Part shown: piece by piece, positions 55,405 through 64,000 of the stretch
Position numbering within the stretch: position 1 is the first letter of the stretch
Layout: every line of letters starts with the position of its first letter
DNA from: Eledone cirrhosa
Taxonomy: Eukaryota
DNA: 64,000 bases
Assembly (NCBI GenBank): GCA_964016885.1
Contig: OZ024752.1
Location: 17,484,001-17,548,000, forward strand
Direction: 5' to 3'
Notes under the pieces: generated by a model
Database searches by the model: none
Seen by the model: the letters and a program-made list of their open reading frames with translations, nothing else
Told to the model about the DNA's origin: nothing
Translations under genes and position numbers: made by a program

Positions 55405-55595
55405 GTGGATTGGCAGTATCGATAGAGGATCGGATGCCATGCTTTGAAGCATAGAGTTACCTCCCTGTATGATCTGAGTTCAAATCCCGCCGAGGTTAAC
55501 TTTGCCTTTCGTCCTTCCGGGGTCGATAGAATAAAGTACCAGTAATGTACTGGGTCATTGCTGGCCTTGTGCCAAAAGTAGAAACAATTATTATT
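55405..55595 (+). mobile_element. SINE
   Basis: Matches the 5642 family. Confidence 0.9.
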
Positions 55596-55736
55596 ACTAT
55601 ATATATATATATATATATATGCGTGCGTGCGTGTGTGTTACACACATGTATGTAGAGTTTGGCGTGTGTGTTACACACATGTATGTAGAGTTTGGCGTGT
55701 GTGTGGCAATGAAGAAGTAGATACAGTATAACAACT

Positions 55737-57847
55737 TGTAGCGGTTGTCTCCCTTGTTTTGATTAGGATCTAGACGGGAAGTGGAACCCTTTCTGCGACT
55801 TCCGGTCAGAGCCCTATAAAACTAACAACTTTAAGCTTCCTTTCTCTCTTTGCCTTTTCGGCACCAGGTGAAGAGCCTCTCATTGGGCTCCGCCATTAAT
55901 TTGGCCAACAGGCGCCTGGCCTTAGCCAGGCGTCCTCTGCCAGCCGCGTTTGCCTGGCAATCAAAACGGTAACTACTAACTTTGCTTCATTCTAACATCT
56001 ATCTTTGACATGTCAAGTATACTATCTACCGTTAATTAAATATTATATACACAAACCATGTCTCGTTTTGTTACATTCATACAACCTAGTAATCTCGCTA
56101 TATTGGTAACCCTGACGTGATACGAACACGCAGCCGTTCATCGCTATAAGTGGTCCCCCCCCCTCCCCCCAAAAAAAAGAAAAAAATAGCACATCTGGTT
56201 TTGTGAGTAACATTACGAATACACAGCAAATTTAGCGACAAACTATGAAAATACTCAAGGACACGCACACACGCACATGTGGAATTCGCACAGACAGACT
56301 TTTTCTCTCACGCATCAATTAACTGTCGCATTTCACCAATATATATATATGTTTCTCGTTTCTTACAACGAACACTTTCAAAACAAAAAAAAAAAAACAT
56401 TTCACGATATATATATATGTTTCTCGTTTCTTACAACGAACTCTTTCAAAACACACACAAAAAAAAAAAAAGAAATTTGATATTCTTTAAAAAACATTTC
56501 AACAGGAACATTTATTTTCGATGAACCATTGCCTTTTTGTTCATCGTTTTCTTCATCGTTCAAGTTTTTTGTTTTTTTCCAAAGTTCACACCAATAATTA
56601 TGCTGAGTGAAGCCTTTCTTTTTCATCATTGTCACTTTCAAAATTGCACTATCATTTTCTCGCGCGTTAGAAATATTATTTTTTCAACCTTGTATTGGCA
56701 CGTGTAGGCAGCATAAATTCTCGATTCACAGAGATGTCTCTACTCACAGACAGCCGCACGCCAGAGATAGCATTTCTCACCAGGGATTCTTCAGCCTTAA
56801 GCTATATTCTTCTATTTGCCGGTTTATAAATTTACAATGTAAATTTACCGTTGATAACCGCGCATTTATTAAGAATGCTTATTTCTCTGGTCGCTGGCCT
56901 CTTGACCCTTCCAGGTCAACGCATTCTCAACATCGACCATCAACTTCGGCTGCTATTTCTAGCACTTTGCGCAACTCATTTTTTCTAAAAAAATTTTTTT
57001 TACTGTGAATTTAAACACCGAATACGCTCACTCAGCGAGACAACAGCAGCAGCAGCAGCAATACATCAACACAGCTTCACCAACAACCAGCAGAACGCCA
57101 GATAATTTATTTTTGCAGCACTCTTCCTGTGAGAAAATCCATTCGGAGGTTGGAAATTTCACGATATACCACAGAACAGAAACCACCTGCATTCATTCTC
57201 TGGAACACACTTTCTTTCCTGCTGTCATGTGATTGCACACCTGTGAACTATATTTTGAACTTTGAGCTCTTCTATTACTTTTACTTTATTACATTGTATC
57301 TTTGGGTGATGGATAGATGGATGTCCAGTCGTTCTCTGGCCAAGAGCGGTTGGCTACCTTGATATCTATCATTGATTTTTCCAAACATTCTTTTGTTTTC
57401 ATGCCTGTTACAACATTCTCGCCAACTTGCTACATATTTTCATTTCGATTTTTATACACTAAAATTCTGGCGGGAGGTTATGTAGCGGTTGTCTCCCTTG
57501 TTTTGATTAGGATCTAGACGGGAAGTGGAACCCTTTCTGCGACTTCCGGTCAGAGCCCTATAAAACTAACAACTTTAAGCTTCCTTTCTCTCTTTGCCTT
57601 TTCGGCACCAGGTGAAGAGCCTCTCATTGGGCTCCGCCATTAATTTGGCCAACAGGCGCCTGGCCTTAGCCAGGCGTCCTCTGCCAGCCGCGTTTGCCTG
57701 GCAATCAAAACGGTAACTACTAACTTTGCTTCATTCTAACATCTATCTTTGGCATGTCAAGTATACTATCTACCGTTAATTAAATATTATACACACAAAC
57801 CATGTCTCGTTTTGTTACATTCATACAACCTCAGAAAACTCGCTATA
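55737..57847 (+). mobile_element. Non-autonomous LTR retrotransposon (Gypsy-like cis signals)
   Basis: LTRs 55737-56102 and 57481-57847 nearly identical, termini TGTAGCG...CGCTATA; TSD AACT (55733-55736, 57848-57851); PBS at 56104; PPT GGCGGGAGG before the 3' LTR; no recognisable gag/pol. Confidence 0.93.
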
Positions 57848-58270
57848 AACTTTCTAATCTATATGAAACATGGTAAGTAACTTCTGAAATAACATGCATT
57901 AGACAGTAAAGATTTCATTAGAAATATGCTAACGAAACGGTTAAGTGATCATATTGATGGCCTCCTCACAGCCCCGGCGGACAGAATGGAGAAAGTGTTT
58001 CCCGGGAGGATGGTAAGGGAGATGCGCTGGAAGAGCTATTCCAACTCGTGAGGCCCATACCTGCGGCTTGCCAGCTCAGCGCCTATGGTGGTGAGTAGGC
58101 AGCACTACCCGTTATCGTTGGCCTTTCCCTATACTAGTTTCTCGGTGAAATACTTTCGCCCAGTCGAGACATTCCTTGTTTATTCATTTTCAATTTTATA
58201 CAATCCAAATGACATGAACATGTTCGACTGGTTTTCCTTGTATACTGTACACAATACACCCACACGCACG

Positions 58271-58369
<99 letters not shown>

Positions 58370-58429
58370 ACACACACACACACACACACATATAATTATA
58401 ATTATATATATATAATTATATATATAATA

Positions 58430-59657
58430 TATTTATAAACACACAGATACATGCGGACACACACATATATACATGAATGCATCCGCACCCAACTGTGAGT
58501 TAAGGGTGCCAACTTCACCGATGTTGCTCAATGAATGACTGGGACAGACCAATTCAGTTTGAACCAGACTGAACCAGTATCAGAGTTAAAAATACATTAT
58601 GAAGAGAGAAGAAACATTTAGATATAATTAGTAATAAAATGTATCATACCTAAACTGCTCCTAAATTCCTAGACTACGTAGTTTCGTGGCATAAACAAAA
58701 ACAATATATCAAAGATATAGAGTCCTTGCGAGGTCTGCCGACTTATCAAGAGGATACCTCATTTTACTAGTCTCAAGAACGCGTCTACACGACGTGAGAA
58801 AGAATCCCAAAAGGCGGAGGGGGAGATAGTCACGCGATATAACGGTCGAGAAACAGAGCTAAGCCTCTTATAACCACGAAGAAAATACCACGGAGGCGGA
58901 GGGGGTATTCATATCGAGGCCGCAGAAGAGGTAGTGAAGAAGGCGAGAAGTATGAGTAATGGAAGCTTTCCAGTTGTCCCCACACTTCAAAGATTGCTCG
59001 ACCAGAGGGAGTTATTAATATATTTATAAACACACAGATACATGCGGACACACACATATATACATGAATGCATCCGCACCCAACTGTGAGTTAAGGGTGC
59101 CAACTTCACCGATGTTGCTCAATGAATGACTGGGACAGACCAATTCAGTTTGAACCAGACTGAACCAGTATCAGAGTTAAAAATACATTATGAAGAGAGA
59201 AGAAACATTTAGATATAATTAGTAATAAAATGTATCATACCTAAACTGCTCCTAAATTCCTCGACTACGTAGTTTCGTGGCATAAACAAAAACAATATAT
59301 CAAAGATATAGAGTCCTTGCGAGGTCTGCCGACTTATCAAGAGGATACCTCATTTTACTAGTCTCAAGAACGCGTCTACACGACGTGAGAAAGAATCCCA
59401 AAAGGCGGAGGGGGAGATAGTCACGCGATATAACGGTCGAGAAACAGAGCTAAGCCTCTTATAACCACGAAGAAAATACCACGGAGGCGGGGGGGGGGGG
59501 GTATAAGTCGGCAGACCTCGCAAGGACTCTATATCTTTGATATATTGTTTTTGTTTATGCCACGAAACTACGTAGTCGAGGAATTTAGGAGCAGTTTAGG
59601 TATGATACATTTTATTACTAATTATATCTAAATGTTTCTTCTCTCTTCATAATGTAA
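58430..59657 (-). repeat. Inverted array of the 592-bp family (1.8 units, period 591; HHRs at 58667-58754 and 59258-59345) plus a re-inverted fragment at 59503-59657
   Basis: Reverse complement of the 54489-55300 unit with several substitutions. Confidence 0.9.
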
Positions 59658-59907
59658 TTATATATATATATATATATGTGTGTGTGTGGAGGAGGTTATA
59701 GTTCACTTGAAGCATTGTGTAATGAGGTATAAACGTTTGTATATGCATAATAAAGCCAAAATAATGCAGGTATGGACATAGAATAAAGAATGCAAATGCA
59801 AAAGATATTGTTGACAATTAGTCTTTTACCTTAGATTTATTTAAATGTCCCTAATTTTCGAGATAATATCTCTTCTTCGGAGGGAAGTAAAGCGGTTAAA
59901 CCAGTGT

Positions 59908-60028
<121 letters not shown>

Positions 60029-60119
60029 AGTTTATGTATATATATATACCAACACCTCAGTATGCAGGCTGGAGCACTCGACGAAGTGCGCAGGTTGGTT
60101 TGGTTACTTCGGAGTAGTG

Positions 60120-60484
60120 TAAAATAAAGTTAAATAAAAGTCAGATGATTAAAATTTAGCTTCGTTTATTACTGCTATATATATTTCAGTGACAGCCATC
60201 TTTGTCTGTGACCTCTTCAGGCAGTTTGAATTAGTATGGTATAGACAAGTACATATGTTGTTAAGGTGATATGACTCCAGTTCCCCAGTGAATTAACAAC
60301 CCAACAAGGAACTGGGCATATCAGAGTATTGACAATATCATACACCTAAACAACATATGTACTTGTCTATACCATACTAATTCAAACTGCCTGAAGAGGT
60401 CACAGCCAAAGATGGCTGTCACTGAAATATATATAGCAGTAATAAACGAAGCTAAATTTTAATCATTTGACTTTTATTTAACTT

Positions 60485-60491
<7 letters not shown>
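60120..60491. repeat. Foldback with an HHR in each arm (60171-60225 minus; 60386-60440 plus)
   Basis: ACTGC-CTGAAGA-GGT c ACAGCC aaagat GGCTGT c ACT-GAAA-TATATA-TA-GCAGT. Confidence 0.85.
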
Positions 60492-60540
<49 letters not shown>

Positions 60541-60926
60541 GTTGAAACAAATTATTGTTATAGGTAGTCCACTTAGGTGTAGTCCAGTTATGGTACTCCG
60601 GGTAGTGGATGATATCAACGCTTGGCTAAGTTTGACTCAACAAGGCATTTCCATAGTGATGCTGCGAGGAGTACGCTGTAATTCCTATGTTGTAAACACT
60701 TGGAGTAATGATAAATCAGGAAAGAATAATGACACGGTTTGCTATACAAAAAAGGTTTTTAATCTCATTGCTGACAATTGTTTCTCTGAACTTGTAGGTC
60801 TAGAGATCGCTACCCGCTTATTTTCACGTTACTCGATCACCAATACAAAGTTATAACCAGTCAATTCATCGGAGCTTGTGAGAATCAAAAGAATATACAG
60901 GCATGGCTACTATATATAGTAGTAAT

Positions 60927-61112
60927 TGTTTCTACTTTAGGCACAAGGCCAGCAATTACCCAGTACATTACTGGTACTTTATTTTATCGACCCCGTAAGG
61001 ATGAAAGGCAAAGTTAACCTCGACGGGATTTGAACTCAGACCGTAAAGGGACGTAACTATGCTGGAAAGCATGGCGTCCGACTCTCTACCGATACTGCCA
61101 ATCCACCGCCCT
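60927..61112 (-). mobile_element. SINE, full length
   Basis: TSD TATATATAGTAGTAAT at 60911-60926 and 61113-61128; an empty-site homolog is visible at ~53130-53160. Confidence 0.95.
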
Positions 61113-62513
61113 TATATATAGTAGTAATGGCATTCAATCAGAACAATAACAACAATACTAACAATGTTAGCAATAAATTATTTGAAATAATCACAACATC
61201 AATCTAGGTGGGAAGTACAGTATATCTACGATTTTAGCGTGTAAAACTAGCTGACATGAGGCAGATATATAAAATTGACATGTAAAAGCTGTGGTGGGGT
61301 GTATTATATCAAGTGTAAAAATAAGCTGGTGTTTTTAAACAGTGTAGGTCAGGTGGTCGTAAGAGTCGATTGTGATGTGACATGCAGAATTTATCACTGT
61401 AGTGAGATTTGTGTGGTCTATATTAGATGATAAGATTGTCTAGCTTTCTCATCATCAATAACATACATGTATAAGACAACATTAACAGATTAGCAATATA
61501 ATGGGCAAGTTAATGCAGAAGTTAAGGAGGCAATATATATATACACACATGCACACAAACATATATATATATATACATACACATATATACATACATATAA
61601 AGAGAAAACATGCTGACTATAATTATAACAGTAGGAAGGTAAAGTTCTGTTGTAGTAGTATTTTGAAATGTTCTTGGATTTAGGATCAAGTGATGACAGC
61701 AGCTGAGAAGAGATAAGTTTATGGGTTGATGAGGTACTTACAGACATTAGTGTGGCATAGAACTAAGAAGGCTAGAATGTACTTAATGATTATATTTCTG
61801 TGGTGGTTCGTGCAGTGTAGTGGGTATCCTAAGTTGAAAGCTAGGTTACGTCGGTTCGATTCACGGAGGTTTAAATCTTATGAATTTAGTGGCGATCCTG
61901 TGTCTGAGAGAAGATAGATCTTTCTAACTTGTTGTTAAGTAGCCTTTTTACATTTCTAAGGATATACAGTAATTCTAGATCACACAACCTACAGTGGGAC
62001 ATACCGGTACTGTAGGTCTTTGCGGCCGACAACCTATAATTATAATTATTTAAACGGAAAAATTGAAACGAAATTTCATTTCTCCCTCTTAGTACGGCTG
62101 TTACTTAAATATAAGTATGTATACGTACATACATATATGTATACAGACGTACAGTAGTATGTATATATATACATACATGCACACATATATATATCTACGT
62201 ATGGATTTACCGAACATTTAGTATAATGCTCGGTGTGTTTGTCGAATTAAGCCGTACAGTGTCTAGCAAACCAGCAACCATCGTTACCCAATGATTGATT
62301 ATAATAAATGTTCGGTAAATCCATACATACATATATATATATATGTGCATGTATGTATATATATACATACTACTGTACGTCTGTATACATATATGTATGT
62401 ACGTATACATACTTATATATAATTATATATATAATTATAATTATATATATAATTATAATTATATATATATATGTATGTATATGTACACATACATGTATGT
62501 ATATATATATATG

Positions 62514-62655
<142 letters not shown>

Positions 62656-62761
62656 TATATGTGTATGTGTACATATGTATATATATAGATGTATATGTAT
62701 ATATGTATGTATATATACGTATATATATATATATATGTATGTATATATATATATATGTATG

Positions 62762-62920
62762 TATCCCTTCTGGCTTCTCAACATTCTCTACCAGATATTT
62801 TGTTTTAGTCTCATTCATTCTCAGCCCCACACTCATCGACACAGTCTCAACCTCCCGCATCAAATCCTCTGCCTCCTTCACTGTATTTGTCACCAAAACT
62901 ATGTCATCGGCATTTTGCAA
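62762..62920 (-). mobile_element. Short non-LTR RT fragment (domains 5-7)
   Basis: ADDIVLV...[13 protein letters not shown]. Confidence 0.8.
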
Positions 62921-63245
62921 CTGGTCACTTTTTGGCTCAATGAAAAATTAATAAATTAAACAATCAGAGCTATATATCATAAGACATGTCTATAGAATCA
63001 CAAGATAAAATATATACTATTTCCTCTCCCAATTAGCATAATTAACTATATAAAAAATCGAATAGACCAGGCTATACGAATGAGGCTTCTGTGAAGGAAT
63101 CTCCAACAAATAACCAAAACTAGCGCTTCGCGTCGGCCGTAGTGGAATATTTATCGAATATTTCGACAGCGTAATCGCCTAGGTACAGTCAACTAAGCAG
63201 AATTAGGTTTAAAATAAACTAGGAGAAAATAGATTACATTTAAAT

Positions 63246-63333
63246 ACCTCTACCATGGTTTCGTCCGTGTTTTGAGTTTTCCAATAATTATGTAATAATT
63301 ATATAAACTCAAGCGCCGGATTCTTCAGGAAGC
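63246..63333 (-). ncRNA. Type I HHR, diverged homolog of 4073-4153
   Basis: GCTTC-CTGAAGA-ATCCG[long]CGGAC-GAAA-CCATGG-TA-GAGGT. Confidence 0.75.
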
Positions 63334-63781
63334 TCGCTCATATCTAGACATTACATTTTCCAAAACGATCGCGCCAAGAATTCATTTCAAAATGGCTAAA
63401 AATCGTGACGTAGTCGCGGTCAAGTTGGAAGGGGTGTGGTAGTTCCTTACGACTGGTGGCATTTTTGCTAGAAAGCACAGCACAATACAGCCAAATTTGT
63501 ATCTCAACCTAGTGGGAGATTATTACATATAAAAGTTTACATATATATATATACATACACATACATATACGTGTTTTGCAACTGGTCACTTTTGGGCTCA
63601 ATGAAAAATTAATAAATTAAACAATCAGAGCTATATATCATAAAACACCAATTTTCCACACAATACAATTAGTTACCACCCGAACGTTTAATTAGGAATA
63701 TACTCACTTATTTCCTAACGTTTGTTGAGTGAGTTGGGATTTGGCCGGAGTATCGCTAAAAGCTTCCTCCGATAATGTATT

Positions 63782-63840
<59 letters not shown>

Positions 63841-63893
63841 CAGGAAAGAAGGTTGACACGGTTTGCTATACAAAAAAGGTTTTTAATCTCATA

Positions 63894-63999
63894 GCTGACA
63901 ATTGTTTCTCTGAACTGGTAGGTCTAGAGATCGCTATTCGCTTATTTTCACGTTACTCGATCGCCAATACAAAATTATAACCAGTCAGTTCTTCGGAGC
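63894..63999 (-). ncRNA. Extended-stem-II HHR with CCGAAGA core (also 60770-60875, CCGATGA)
   Basis: GCT-CCGAAGA-ACTGACTGGT[~60 nt]ACCAGTTCAGA-GAAA-CAATTG-TC-AGC. Confidence 0.72.
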
Positions 64000-64000
64000 A

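Noticed and set aside
56607-57232. Internal ORFs of the LTR element as gag/pol remnants
   Set aside because: No CCHC, protease, RT or integrase motifs recognisable

Overview
AT-rich, microsatellite-dense eukaryotic DNA, most likely an octopod cephalopod (inferred from the tRNA-derived SINE family and the (TA)n/(CA)n load; not proven). Most of the ORF track is microsatellite artefact. One convincing host gene is present: a GT11 alpha-1,2-fucosyltransferase coding exon (8625-9857, minus strand) with a 4-copy Thr-rich stem repeat. The rest is transposon-derived: many Penelope-like elements (PLEs; one near-complete at about 20.9-30.1 kb with ~3 kb inverted arms), RTE and RLE-type LINE fragments, a Tc1/mariner relic, MITEs, about 10 SINE copies, and a non-coding LTR element with a 4-bp TSD and a long tRNA-Trp PBS. 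The main hidden signal, found by reading both strands by eye, is about 25 type I hammerhead ribozyme (HHR) motifs in about 12 distinct repeat families. They include families with a compensatory U3-A8 core, a family with a CCGANGA core, and a 592-bp tandem unit with one HHR per monomer (retrozyme-like, a candidate circular RNA). The near-complete PLE also has a separate upstream helical ORF joined to the RT ORF at a candidate ribosomal frameshift site. All RNA structures were derived manually and are untested.
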